Position numbers and translations under genes: made by a program. Shown piece after piece: positions 1 to 9,256 of a DNA stretch of 64,000 bases (the first letter of the stretch is position 1; each line of letters begins with the position of its first letter). Under the pieces are notes generated by a model that worked only from the letters and a program-made list of their open reading frames with translations, did no database searches and was not told where the DNA came from. Source of the stretch: an uncultured Bacillota bacterium (GTDB lineage: Bacteria > Bacillota_I > Bacilli_A > RF39 > UBA660). The stretch lies in contig CANSAJ010000001.1 of NCBI GenBank assembly GCA_947644695.1, positions 17,348 to 81,347 of the forward strand, written 5' to 3'.

Positions 1-157
1 CGTAATCTAGGCTTACAGTAAAAAGTAATAATACTATTATGTATGCAATTAAGAATTTGTAGTTTTCTTTTATAAATTTTTTAGTTTTTTCATATATTTT
101 ATTAGTCATCCCAAAATACCTCTATATACATTATTATAGCATAGTGAGTGTGAATTT

Positions 158-1054
158 ATGATTAAAATTATATATAAATTTTTGATTTTTTTGTTTTTTT
201 CTTTGCTTTTGTATGTTTTTTTGTCTAATCCTAAGTTAATTATGTCTTCTGTTAACTATAGTATATCTGTATTTTTTTCAAATGTCTTACCTAGTTTATT
301 TCCATTTTTTATTTTAGCAGATGTTCTTATTAATTATAATTATGTTTATTTTTTGAATAAGATTTTCAAGTTTAAATATAGTTACTTAATATTTCTTTCT
401 CTTTTTTCTGGTATGCCTAGTAATAGTAAGTATATTTTAGGACTTCTTCAGAATGGTGAAATTAGTATTCATGATGCTGAGATAATGCTTAGTGTAACTT
501 TTTTTCCTAATCCTATGTTTGTAATTGGAAGTATAGGAGTTTTAATGCTTGGTGAGTTAGAGTTAGGAGTTTTTATTCTTATTAGTGTTTATATGTCTAA
601 TTTAATTGTTTATTTGTTTTATTATAGACGGCTTTTACCTGGTAAGATAAATTTTGCTAAAGATAAAAAATCTTTTCCTTCTCTTATTAAAGATTCTGTT
701 ATAGGTAACTCTAAGACTTTGCTTGTTGTTTTAGGTACGATAGTTATATTTACTACTCTTTCTAATATAGTTTTTAATTATATAAATGTACCAGAGATAG
801 TGGAAGCTATTTTTAGTGGAGTATTTGAGATGACAAGTGGCGTAAAAAAACTAAGTATTTTATTAGTTAGTACTCAGTTTAAGGTTATATTTATTTCTTT
901 AATTTTATCGTTTTCAGGCATTTCTATTTTGTGTCAGGCTGTTAGTATTTTGAGTGATTATAAGTTAGATATTAAGTTTATTTTAAAGAATAAGTTATTT
1001 ATTATGATTTTAAATTTTATTATTAACTATATCTATATTGTATTCTGGATATGA
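158..1054 (+). CDS. Polytopic integral membrane protein of unknown function; possibly a nucleoside-recognition/YlbJ-SpmA-like gate-domain protein
   Basis: 298-aa ORF with hydrophobic TM helices throughout. No recognisable catalytic motif. Assignment from hydropathy only. Confidence 0.35.
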   Translation: MIKIIYKFLIFLFFSLLLYVFLSNPKLIMSSVNYSISVFFSNVLPSLFPFFILADVLINYNYVYFLNKIFKFKYSYLIFLSLFSGMPSNSKYILGLLQNGEISIHDAEIMLSVTFFPNPMFVIGSIGVLMLGELELGVFILISVYMSNLIVYLFYYRRLLPGKINFAKDKKSFPSLIKDSVIGNSKTLLVVLGTIVIFTTLSNIVFNYINVPEIVEAIFSGVFEMTSGVKKLSILLVSTQFKVIFISLILSFSGISILCQAVSILSDYKLDIKFILKNKLFIMILNFIINYIYIVFWI

Positions 1055-1468
1055 ATCTACTTCTATAGTTATTAAATATATTGCAGTATTTTCTGTACTT
1101 TTAATATTATATACATAATTATCTGGTAGTTTTCTTGTTAGTTCTATTTTATCAGTAGTTGTATTTTTATAAGTTAAAAGGGTTCCTTCGTTAGTTATTT
1201 CTATAGTTTTGGTGATGTTATTGTTTAATGTTATAGTGCATTTAGTATTAGAACAACTTTGAGATTTAATACCGCCAGATCCCCTAATATCTTGATTTAT
1301 TGTTTTGGCAATTATGTTTTTGTTTAGTAGCATTTCTGTTCTTAAAGTGATAGAGTCTTCATCTTTTCTTACTTCAGATACAAATCCAAGTAAGAATACC
1401 ATTACAGCAGATAAAAGGGTTACACTTATAGTTATTTCTACTAAAGTAAATCCGTTTTTATTTTTCAT
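1010..1468 (-). CDS. Minor pseudopilin (ComGD/GspH-like) with prepilin-type N-terminal cleavage/methylation domain
   Basis: N-terminus MKNKNGFTLVEITISVTLL matches the class III signal G-F-T-L-x-E followed by a hydrophobic helix. It is the last gene of three tandem pilin-like genes on the minus strand. Confidence 0.6.
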   Translation of the reverse strand: MKNKNGFTLVEITISVTLLSAVMVFLLGFVSEVRKDEDSITLRTEMLLNKNIIAKTINQDIRGSGGIKSQSCSNTKCTITLNNNITKTIEITNEGTLLTYKNTTTDKIELTRKLPDNYVYNIKSTENTAIYLITIEVDSYPEYNIDIVNNKI

Positions 1469-1480
1469 TTAACTCCCCTC

Positions 1481-1936
1481 CTATATTCTTAATGATGCAT
1501 AGTAGTTTTTGTCATTATATTTATAATTAACTATTATGTATCTTTCATTTTTATTATTGTTTATTGTTCTTAAATATTCTTTTAGAGAATTTGGTAAATT
1601 GTTTTCGGAAGAAAGTAATAATGAGTTTATAGAGTCAATATTGATGTATATTTTTTGTGCGTTTAGTGAAGACATTAGTGTTTGGCATGTTGTGCTCATA
1701 TAAGAATTACAGTTAGATGGTGTAATTTCTAAGTATCCATTACTGTTAGTAAAATTATTAGTTGTGAATGTTGATCTAATGGTGTCAGTTTTATATAAAT
1801 CTCCTATGTTATCAAAGAATTTTCTACTTTCTATATCTGAACTTATTTTAATATATGTTCCATAAATACCTACAACAGTTATTAAAAGTACTATAAGTAC
1901 TATTAAGGTTTCCATAAATACAAATCCTTTTTTCAT
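1481..1936 (-). CDS. Minor pseudopilin with prepilin-type N-terminus
   Basis: N-terminus MKKGFVFMETLIVLIVLL has the G-F-x-x-x-E prepilin motif plus a TM helix. Its start overlaps the stop of the upstream small pilin-like ORF (TAATG). Confidence 0.55.
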   Translation of the reverse strand: MKKGFVFMETLIVLIVLLITVVGIYGTYIKISSDIESRKFFDNIGDLYKTDTIRSTFTTNNFTNSNGYLEITPSNCNSYMSTTCQTLMSSLNAQKIYINIDSINSLLLSSENNLPNSLKEYLRTINNNKNERYIIVNYKYNDKNYYASLRI

Positions 1937-2097
1937 TATTCATACTCCTTGTTTAGTTCTTTTTTTACTTCTTCTACTTCAGTGTTGATTAAATTATTTC
2001 TAAATGCATAAGCAGATAGAAGCGATACAATTAGAAGTACAAAGACTATTATAAAAGAGTATATTACTGCCATTGATATGAAACCATCTTTTTTCAT
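1936..2097 (-). CDS. Small (53 aa) pilin-like membrane protein (ComGG/ComGF-like N-terminus), not in the supplied ORF track
   Basis: Manual translation of the minus strand gives MKKDGFISMAVIYSFIIVFVLLIVSLLSAYAFRNNLINTEVEEVKKELNKEYE. It has a KDGF-hydrophobic start like ComGG. Its stop overlaps the ATG of the next pilin gene. Confidence 0.35.
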   Translation of the reverse strand: MKKDGFISMAVIYSFIIVFVLLIVSLLSAYAFRNNLINTEVEEVKKELNKEYE

Positions 2098-2399
2098 ATT
2101 CTCACCTACTATAGAATTATAGCATAAAAAGATTAAATAAGAAAGATTAGTGCAAAGAAAAACATATTAGGCTTGTAACCTAATATGAATACTCACATAT
2201 AATATTATGGGTGTTAATATATATGAATAAACTTAATGATATTAAAAATTTATATAAGAATAATAGAAATCTATTTAATATGATTTTACTTATTGTAAAT
2301 GTTGTTTTAATTTTCTGGCAAGCTGTTTTTGCTTTGATTTTACCAAGTCGTGCGAATGTATTTATTTTACTTGTTTTAATATCAGCATTGGTATATCAA

Positions 2400-3251
2400 T
2401 TAATTAAAAATCCCTGAAGATACAACACCGTTAGTTCTGTATGTATAATCAATTAATGTACTAGTTTCTAGTACGTTTTCATATTCATTTATTTTTGTTT
2501 CAAGTTTTTTTGGCATGCTTATCATGATCATAAATAGTTTTATTTCTTCTTTTGTTAATGGATAAATTTCATTATATGTTTTTAATAGTGAAGTAAAATC
2601 CATGTTTTTATATTCATTTTTATACAACTTATATATATCAAGTATGGGTGTATCAACCAAATAATTGTCCCAACTTATTAAGACGTTTTCTTCTCCCCTT
2701 ATGAAGTTATCTTTTTTTAGATTATTATGTACAATAGATACTCTTTCTTTAGTTTTATCTTTTACTAAATTGAACCATGCGTTTAGTTCTTTTTCTATGT
2801 AAATTAGATTGGAGTTTATAAGTGTGTAGTTTCTGGCAAGTAGATAGTGACTTGGAGACATGTATCTTTCTGTGTCTATTTTTCTTATAAGTTTATCATA
2901 ATAATCTTTTAAATAGTCAATATTATCTATTAATGTATTGTAGATTTCTTTGTATTTTTTTTTACTTACAGGTTTAAAGTAAGTTGTTTTGTAATGTAGG
3001 CTTCCTATGGTTTTTATAAGTTCTTCATCTTTTATAGATTCTTCATTCATTATTTGTCTTTCTGTATAGTAGGAATATCTGATTTCATTATTGTTTTCTT
3101 CTAATATTTTTGGATAGTTATTGAAGTCTCTTGTATTTAAATATTCAAATAAACTTGTAAGTTCTTTTTTTTTAGATTTTATGACTATTTTATTTTCGTC
3201 TGTTTCGTATATTTTTGCTTTGCCTCTTATTACTATTTTTTTAGTTTTCAT
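2400..3251 (-). CDS. ysxE: CotS/YsxE-family spore-coat-associated kinase-fold protein
   Basis: 283 aa with a degenerate aminoglycoside-phosphotransferase-like core (HNNLKKDNF..., ISWDNYLVDTPILDIY). It lies immediately downstream of, and overlaps, a SpoVID-like LysM gene, as in the Bacillus spoVID-ysxE operon. Confidence 0.45.
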   Translation of the reverse strand: MKTKKIVIRGKAKIYETDENKIVIKSKKKELTSLFEYLNTRDFNNYPKILEENNNEIRYSYYTERQIMNEESIKDEELIKTIGSLHYKTTYFKPVSKKKYKEIYNTLIDNIDYLKDYYDKLIRKIDTERYMSPSHYLLARNYTLINSNLIYIEKELNAWFNLVKDKTKERVSIVHNNLKKDNFIRGEENVLISWDNYLVDTPILDIYKLYKNEYKNMDFTSLLKTYNEIYPLTKEEIKLFMIMISMPKKLETKINEYENVLETSTLIDYTYRTNGVVSSGIFN

Positions 3252-3993
3252 CTATTACATTTATAAAAGGAATAACTATTTTGTCACCTATGTTAATGTT
3301 TTCAAGATTGTTGTATTCTCTTAAGTCATCTAGAGTTACATTATATTTTATAGCTATACTTTCTATTGTATCTTCTTCTCTCATTATGTATATTTTATAT
3401 CTATAATATGTTTCTTCGTCATTCATGTTATTTATTATGTTTTTTATGCTTTCTTCTGCTTCTTTTTTGTCTTCTATAGTATTAGTTTCTATTTGTATAT
3501 TTTTTTCAGTATATGAGCTTAATTCTTTTTCTTCTTCTATCATTAATTCATTATGGTATACAGGTTCTTCTTCTACTAAGTTAGTTATGCTGTTTAGAAC
3601 TTCATCTACTGTATCCATCTCTTCCTCCTTTGTGAATTCTGGATCTATTTCTGGTATTGGTTCTTCAGGTATTTCTATTTCTTTATAGTCCATGTTTAAT
3701 GCCATTTTTAAGTGTAGTATATCTTTGTCTACACTGTAGTTAAAATCTTTTATTGTTAGATTTATAGAAGTTTTATCTATTAGACTAGATAGCGCGATTG
3801 AAAATGGTATAGTATACATAAATTCTTCTTTTTGCATTGATGCAAGTGTTGTTTTATATTCGCCACTTATGTCGAAGTATCCATCAATGATGTCATCCAT
3901 TATTTTGTAGTCATGTGTTAATGAGATGTCTGTGATTTCTGCGACCATTGTTTTCATTATACAATCTTTTTTAAATTCTATTACGTTATTCAT
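3241..3993 (-). CDS. spoVID: SpoVID-like protein: N-terminal domain, acidic Glu/Pro-rich middle, C-terminal LysM domain
   Basis: C-terminal LysM (YRYKIYIMREEDTIESIAIKYNVTLDDLREYNNLENINIGDKIVIP). Acidic linker EIPEEPIPEIDPEFTKEEEMD... Followed by a CotS-like gene with an 11-nt overlap. Adjacent to lon as in Bacillus. Confidence 0.45.
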   Translation of the reverse strand: MNNVIEFKKDCIMKTMVAEITDISLTHDYKIMDDIIDGYFDISGEYKTTLASMQKEEFMYTIPFSIALSSLIDKTSINLTIKDFNYSVDKDILHLKMALNMDYKEIEIPEEPIPEIDPEFTKEEEMDTVDEVLNSITNLVEEEPVYHNELMIEEEKELSSYTEKNIQIETNTIEDKKEAEESIKNIINNMNDEETYYRYKIYIMREEDTIESIAIKYNVTLDDLREYNNLENINIGDKIVIPFINVIDEN

Positions 3994-4044
3994 TAAAAAA
4001 CACTCCTTTCTACTTAAATGTATGTAAGAGTGTTGTAATTATGA

Positions 4045-4290
4045 TTATTTTTTTAGGCTTAGTGTTGGACTATTATTTATATATCCATTAGCTTTTAATT
4101 CATCAATTAGTTCGCTATTTTTTCTTCCTAGTTCTTCTACTTTTATTCTTGTACCAAATCCGTCGTTTAAAACGGCAAAAGTTCTAATATGAGGCGTAGT
4201 GTCTGAACCTTGGTATATTTCATATTCCATGTGATCTATTTCATTAGAATATATTTTTTCTATTAATTTTGTTCTATTTCCTTTTATCAT
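4045..4290 (-). CDS. Hypothetical small protein (81 aa)
   Basis: ORF between lon and the spoVID-like gene. Overlaps the lon start by 17 nt. No recognisable motif. Confidence 0.3.
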   Translation of the reverse strand: MIKGNRTKLIEKIYSNEIDHMEYEIYQGSDTTPHIRTFAVLNDGFGTRIKVEELGRKNSELIDELKANGYINNSPTLSLKK

Positions 4291-6622
4291 TTTTTCCCTC
4301 CTTTAGAAATATATCATTAAATATTTCTATATAATTATTTACAAATTTAAATTTTATTTTGTTTTTTATTTCATTATCTAGTAGAGAAACTTCTCTTTGA
4401 TTTTTTCTAGATATGTATATTATTTTTATTCCTTCCTTAATAGCGGCTAGTGATTTTTCTTTTATTCCACCTACTGGAAGTATGTCTCCAAGAAGTGTTA
4501 TTTCTCCAGTCATTGATATATAATTTGGGATTTTTATGTTAAGTATGTGACTTATTATGGCAGACGTTATAACGATTCCAGCTGATGGGCCGTCTTTAGG
4601 AATGCTTCCTTCTCTAAAGTTTATGTGTATTGTCTTTTTGAATGAGTCATTATTCATTTTGAATCTTTCTTTATGAGTTTTTATATAACTTATGGCAACT
4701 TTTATACTTTCTTCTAATGTGTCGCCTAGGTAACCTGAGGTTATGAATTTTTCTTCTCCTTCATAGCTTGTTACTTCTATTTCAAGTATTTCTCCACCAT
4801 ATGGAGTGTATGCTAGGCCTAGTGCTAATCCAGATGTGTGTGTATCTTTTTTGTTTTTTAAGTATTTTTCTATTCCTAGGTATTTTTTTATATCGTATTC
4901 ATTAATAATGTTAGGTATTGGTGTTTCATTTAGTTTGTATGATACTATTATTTTTCTGAATATTTTATTTATTTGTCTTTCAAGTTCTCTTACACCACTT
5001 TCTTTAGTGTATGAAGTTATTATTTTTTCTATTGCTTCTTCTTTAAAATAGATTTCAATATTTTTGATTCCATTTTTTTCTTTTGAAAGTGGTATTAAAT
5101 AGTTGTTTGCAATTTTTGTTTTTTCATATACTGTGTATGATTCTACTTCTATTATTTCTAATCTATCAAGAAGTACATAAGGTATTTCATTTCTGTCATT
5201 TGCTGTTATTACCCAAGTTACTTCATTTAAGTTAATTCCTTCTTCTATGTATGCGTCTACGAATTCTTTATTTTGTTTTGGGTCTAATAAATCTAGTAGT
5301 GTACTGGTGGGATCTCCTTTGTAGTCTTTTGACATTTTGTCTATTTCATCTAATAGAATTACTGGATTAAAGCTTCCCGATTTTATTAATGCATTTATTA
5401 TTTTGCCAGGAGCGCTGCCGATGTATGTTTTTCTGTGTCCGATTAGTTCTGCAGGATCGTTTATTCCGCCTAAGCTTATTTTAGTAAAGTTTTTATTTAA
5501 AGAAGTAGCTATACTTTCTGCTAGAGTTGTTTTACCTACTCCAGGAGGTCCGATTAAACATATTATTGGTGAATTATTTTCGCCTTCATTGTTAACACTT
5601 ATGTATTCTAATATTCTTTCTTTTGCTTCTTTTAGACCATAATGTGAACTGTTTAGATAGTCTTCTACTTTTTTTAGATTATTCTCGTCTATAGTTTTTA
5701 TACCCCATGGAATGGAAAGTAACGTGTTTATATATGTAGTTATTACTCCGATTTCTGGGCTACTTTCTGGAGTTGTTTTATATCTTTTTAGCTCTTTTTC
5801 TATTCTTTCTTTTATATGTTTTGGAATACTTTCGTTAGAGATTCTTTCTTCTATGTCTTTTGTGTATTCATTTTTTGAATCTTCTATTCCAAGTTCATCA
5901 TTTATGGCTTTTATTTTTTCTTTTAAGAGCATTTCTTTTTGTAAATTGTCTAAGTTTCTTTTTAGATTTTGTTCAATTTTATTTTCTAATTCTAATACAG
6001 CTAATTCTATGTTTATTTCTGTTATTAGTTTTTTAGCACGTGATGTTCTTCTCATGTCTAGCATTAGTGCTAGTTTTTTATCAAAGGTAAGTGGTAGAAA
6101 GTTTGCTATGTAGTCAGTTAGTTTATCTAGGTCAGTTATACCTTTTATTTGACTTAAAATAGAATTAGAAATGTATGGGTTAATGCTAATGTATCGGTCT
6201 AATTCGCCTATTAGTTTTCTAAGTAGTGCTGTTTCTTCTATTTCGTTATATTCTTCATGTTCAGGTGGGAGATTTAAGCTTTCTAATATGTCTTTTTCAT
6301 TTGAGTAGTTAACGTAGCTTAATACTTTAGTTCTTTTTTCTCCTTTTAAAACTATTCTTGTATTTCCATTAGGAATATCTATTTTACTGGTTATTTTTGC
6401 AATTACCCCGACTTTTGGTAAGTCTCCTGTGTCTAGTTTTTCTTCTAAATCATTTATAGGTGAGACTACTAAAATTTCGTTATTGTGATAAAGTTTAGCA
6501 ATTTCGATTGCTTTTTTTGTAATGTCATTGTTTAGTTCAATTCTAGATTCACCATGAGGTAAGAGCACAAGTTTTTTTAGTAATAATACAGGTAAGTTAT
6601 TTTTAATTGTGGTCACCTCCAA
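4274..6622 (-). CDS. lon: ATP-dependent Lon protease (LonA)
   Basis: N-terminal LON domain, AAA+ Walker A GPPGVGKTT, and C-terminal protease domain with PKDGPSAG catalytic Ser motif. 782 aa. Confidence 0.95.
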   Translation of the reverse strand: MEVTTIKNNLPVLLLKKLVLLPHGESRIELNNDITKKAIEIAKLYHNNEILVVSPINDLEEKLDTGDLPKVGVIAKITSKIDIPNGNTRIVLKGEKRTKVLSYVNYSNEKDILESLNLPPEHEEYNEIEETALLRKLIGELDRYISINPYISNSILSQIKGITDLDKLTDYIANFLPLTFDKKLALMLDMRRTSRAKKLITEINIELAVLELENKIEQNLKRNLDNLQKEMLLKEKIKAINDELGIEDSKNEYTKDIEERISNESIPKHIKERIEKELKRYKTTPESSPEIGVITTYINTLLSIPWGIKTIDENNLKKVEDYLNSSHYGLKEAKERILEYISVNNEGENNSPIICLIGPPGVGKTTLAESIATSLNKNFTKISLGGINDPAELIGHRKTYIGSAPGKIINALIKSGSFNPVILLDEIDKMSKDYKGDPTSTLLDLLDPKQNKEFVDAYIEEGINLNEVTWVITANDRNEIPYVLLDRLEIIEVESYTVYEKTKIANNYLIPLSKEKNGIKNIEIYFKEEAIEKIITSYTKESGVRELERQINKIFRKIIVSYKLNETPIPNIINEYDIKKYLGIEKYLKNKKDTHTSGLALGLAYTPYGGEILEIEVTSYEGEEKFITSGYLGDTLEESIKVAISYIKTHKERFKMNNDSFKKTIHINFREGSIPKDGPSAGIVITSAIISHILNIKIPNYISMTGEITLLGDILPVGGIKEKSLAAIKEGIKIIYISRKNQREVSLLDNEIKNKIKFKFVNNYIEIFNDIFLKEGKNDKRK

Positions 6623-6739
6623 TGACTTTTTATTATAAGTATTTTGAGTGGTAATGTCTACTTATTTTTTGATTTTTTTAATGTATTTTTTGGATGTACT
6701 TTTTAATTATTCAAATAAAAGTTTGTATTATTTAATTGT

Positions 6740-7684
6740 TTATAGTTCTAGAAAGAATGATTCTAATCCTTTTATTCTGTCAATTTCTCCTGTCTTTATT
6801 TTTATATCTAATTCTGCTAATTTCTTAAGTATACTTAGTAGTTCATTCTTCTCTATGTCTTCGCTGTTGTCTATTGCAAGTCCTACTCTGTAAGGGTGTT
6901 CTTTTAGTGCATTTCCTATTTTATATTTATCTAAACCTTTATCAAGTAATACATTACAAGAATACATTAATCTAAATTGGTTAGCTAATAGTATTAATAT
7001 AACAGATGGCTCGTTTTTAGCATCTATTAGTTCTTTATATGTTTTGAATATTGTTTTTTTATCTTTTTTTATAACTGCATCTACTAATTTGAAAATGTTG
7101 TTTTCATCGTATTTAGCAGTTAGTTTTTTTACATCTTCAAGTGTTATGTTTTTGGCTTCTATTTTGTATATTTCAAGTTTTTCTAACTCTTTGTCTAAAA
7201 CTTTAGTATTAGATTTTAGTCTGTTTATTATTTCATTAAGTGCAGGTTTATCTATGGTATAGTTTCTTTCATTAAAATAAGATTGTATATATTTATCAAG
7301 TTCATTTTCTGATGGTAGTTTGAATTCTATTACTTTTGCATATTTTTTTAGAGTTTTAACTAGTTTTTTTCTTTCGTCTAGTTTTTCAGTGATAATTTTG
7401 AATATTAGAATTGTATTTTCATTAGGATTACTTATATAGTTATCTAGAGTTTTATTTTCAAGAGTACTTTTTGCAGTTAAAAATTCAGCGTCATTTAAGA
7501 TTACTATTTTTTTATTTCCAAATAGATCTAAATACCCAGCTTCTTCTATTACACTTTCTATAGTGCATTCTTTATATATATAAGTTACAGTAGTGTCTAT
7601 ATTGTTATCTATTGTTAGTTTTTTAATATATTTATTTATCGCTGATTCATTTTCGCCATATAAAACATAAATCATTATAATCAC
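6740..7684 (-). CDS. holA: DNA polymerase III delta subunit
   Basis: 314 aa. N-terminal YVLYGENE...-type start and the length and charge pattern typical of HolA. No catalytic motif is expected. Confidence 0.65.
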   Translation of the reverse strand: MIIMIYVLYGENESAINKYIKKLTIDNNIDTTVTYIYKECTIESVIEEAGYLDLFGNKKIVILNDAEFLTAKSTLENKTLDNYISNPNENTILIFKIITEKLDERKKLVKTLKKYAKVIEFKLPSENELDKYIQSYFNERNYTIDKPALNEIINRLKSNTKVLDKELEKLEIYKIEAKNITLEDVKKLTAKYDENNIFKLVDAVIKKDKKTIFKTYKELIDAKNEPSVILILLANQFRLMYSCNVLLDKGLDKYKIGNALKEHPYRVGLAIDNSEDIEKNELLSILKKLAELDIKIKTGEIDRIKGLESFFLEL

Positions 7685-7733
7685 CTATTCAATTATATCA
7701 TGAGGATTAAAAAAAGAATATGTTTACATACTC

Positions 7734-8408
7734 TTATTTTTTATTTTGGAATAATGTCGCTCCGATTAAAACTATTATGACTATTACCATTACTATTATT
7801 ATTAGATTTACATTTTTAGGGTTATTTACTGCTTCTTGAACTATAGATGCAGTAAGAAAATAGTCAGAGCAATGTGATATTTCAAATTCTATATATCCAT
7901 TTTTTACTGGTATTTGTGAATCTATGTATTCGATTTCGTTTGTATCTTCATTTAAATAATATAAGTATAATAGTTCTCCATCATTGTATTTATCTTCAAC
8001 ATTTAGTTTGATTTTTGCAGTTGTTGGTAGAGAGCCGTGATGTTCAAAAGATAATATTAATAGATCGTTATTTGAAACTGTTTCAGTTAGTTTATTATTT
8101 TCTATATTTGTTAATATGTCTAAATTTAAGCTCATGTCTATTTCCATATTGTCTTTTAAAGCTTTTTTTAGATTTTCGTCTTTTTGAAAAGTCCAACTAT
8201 ATGTAAGTTTTTTAGCATTATTTACTACTTTATAGATTATTTCGTTATCTGTTTCTGATTTAGTAACTTGCATTACTGTGTCTTTAGCAATATAATTATT
8301 TTCTTTACTTAGTTCGTGTCTTTCAGTTATTTTGCCTATATAAATGATTAGACCACTTATGATTACTATTAGTAGTGAGATTAATACTAAGCTCCAATTC
8401 TTTGTCAT
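7734..8408 (-). CDS. Bitopic membrane-anchored protein of unknown function
   Basis: Has an N-terminal TM helix (LVLISLLIVIISGLIIYI) and a C-terminal TM helix (IIIVMVIVIIVLIGATLF). The middle is soluble. Confidence 0.4.
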   Translation of the reverse strand: MTKNWSLVLISLLIVIISGLIIYIGKITERHELSKENNYIAKDTVMQVTKSETDNEIIYKVVNNAKKLTYSWTFQKDENLKKALKDNMEIDMSLNLDILTNIENNKLTETVSNNDLLILSFEHHGSLPTTAKIKLNVEDKYNDGELLYLYYLNEDTNEIEYIDSQIPVKNGYIEFEISHCSDYFLTASIVQEAVNNPKNVNLIIIVMVIVIIVLIGATLFQNKK

Positions 8409-8428
8409 TTTGTTCTCCTTTCTAGAAA

Positions 8429-9088
8429 TTACATTAAACTCCCTATAAGTAAGAATAAATCATAGAATAAGTATACAAAACACGGCGTTAATATGTTGTC
8501 TGTTTTTTCATAAGATGTACTTAATATTATACCCGCAAAAGCGAAAGGTATGATAGTGCATATATCATTTAATGAGCTTATACTATATCCTACTTGGAAA
8601 ACTCCGTATATTAATCCTGAAAATATAATAAAGAAATATTTGTTATTTAAAATGTCTTTAAAAACTTTTCTAAATACTATTTGTTCTGTAAATAGACTTA
8701 TTATAAATACATATATGATCATTATAAAAAAGTTATCTTTTAATAATGTGTCTATAATACTCGAGTTTGTATAAATAAAATCTGGGTATATTAATAATAG
8801 TAGTGCTGATATTAGGCCAAATCCTAGTATTAGTATTCCAAAGTAAATAATAGATTTGCCAATTATGCTTAGTCCAGTTTTTTTAAATGCTTTTATATCT
8901 TCTATTATGTCTTTTCGGTAAGTGAAAATGAAAAATAAAAGTAATAAAAACATGAAGAATATTCTAATTAATAATTCTTTATTGTTACTATTTGTTATAC
9001 TTGGTAAAAACATGTCTATTACATATGGTACCAAAATATATAGTAGAAAAACACTTGCTCCTTTTATGAGCTTGTTAAAGTTGTTCAT
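8429..9088 (-). CDS. CPBP-family (CAAX/Abi-like) intramembrane metalloprotease
   Basis: Polytopic membrane protein with a TEQIVFRKVF motif that resembles the EExxxR motif 1 of CPBP proteases. The other motifs are degenerate. Confidence 0.45.
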   Translation of the reverse strand: MNNFNKLIKGASVFLLYILVPYVIDMFLPSITNSNNKELLIRIFFMFLLLLFFIFTYRKDIIEDIKAFKKTGLSIIGKSIIYFGILILGFGLISALLLLIYPDFIYTNSSIIDTLLKDNFFIMIIYVFIISLFTEQIVFRKVFKDILNNKYFFIIFSGLIYGVFQVGYSISSLNDICTIIPFAFAGIILSTSYEKTDNILTPCFVYLFYDLFLLIGSLM

Positions 9089-9206
9089 TTTTTCACCTCA
9101 ATAATATTCAAAACCCCCTTGTAGGTTATCTTAAATTATAACCATGGAAATAATCTTTTGAACCAGCTCATTTATTACACCACCTTTCATATTATTGTCT
9201 GACTAT

Positions 9207-9238
9207 ATTATAGCATTTCCAATTTAATTAATATACAA
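9207..9238 (-). promoter_or_regulatory. Sigma-A-type promoter with extended -10 (TGcTATAAT) and -35-like TTGTAT, 17-nt spacer, driving the leader of the CPBP protease gene
   Basis: The minus strand reads TTGTAT-17nt-TGCTATAAT. A leader of about 110 nt follows, containing an 11-codon uORF (9136..9171) with a strong SD (AAAGGTGGTG). Confidence 0.35.
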
Positions 9239-9256
9239 TTTACTTCAAAGTTTACA

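Noticed and set aside
2211-2417. 68-aa hydrophobic plus-strand ORF between the pilin operon start and the ysxE-like gene
   Set aside because: It lies in the promoter region of the minus-strand pilin genes and overlaps the ysxE-like stop. It has no convincing RBS and is probably a spurious AT-rich ORF, although a small membrane protein cannot be excluded.
3425-3688. 87-aa Ser-rich plus-strand ORF
   Set aside because: It is antisense to the acidic linker of the SpoVID-like gene and is a shadow ORF.
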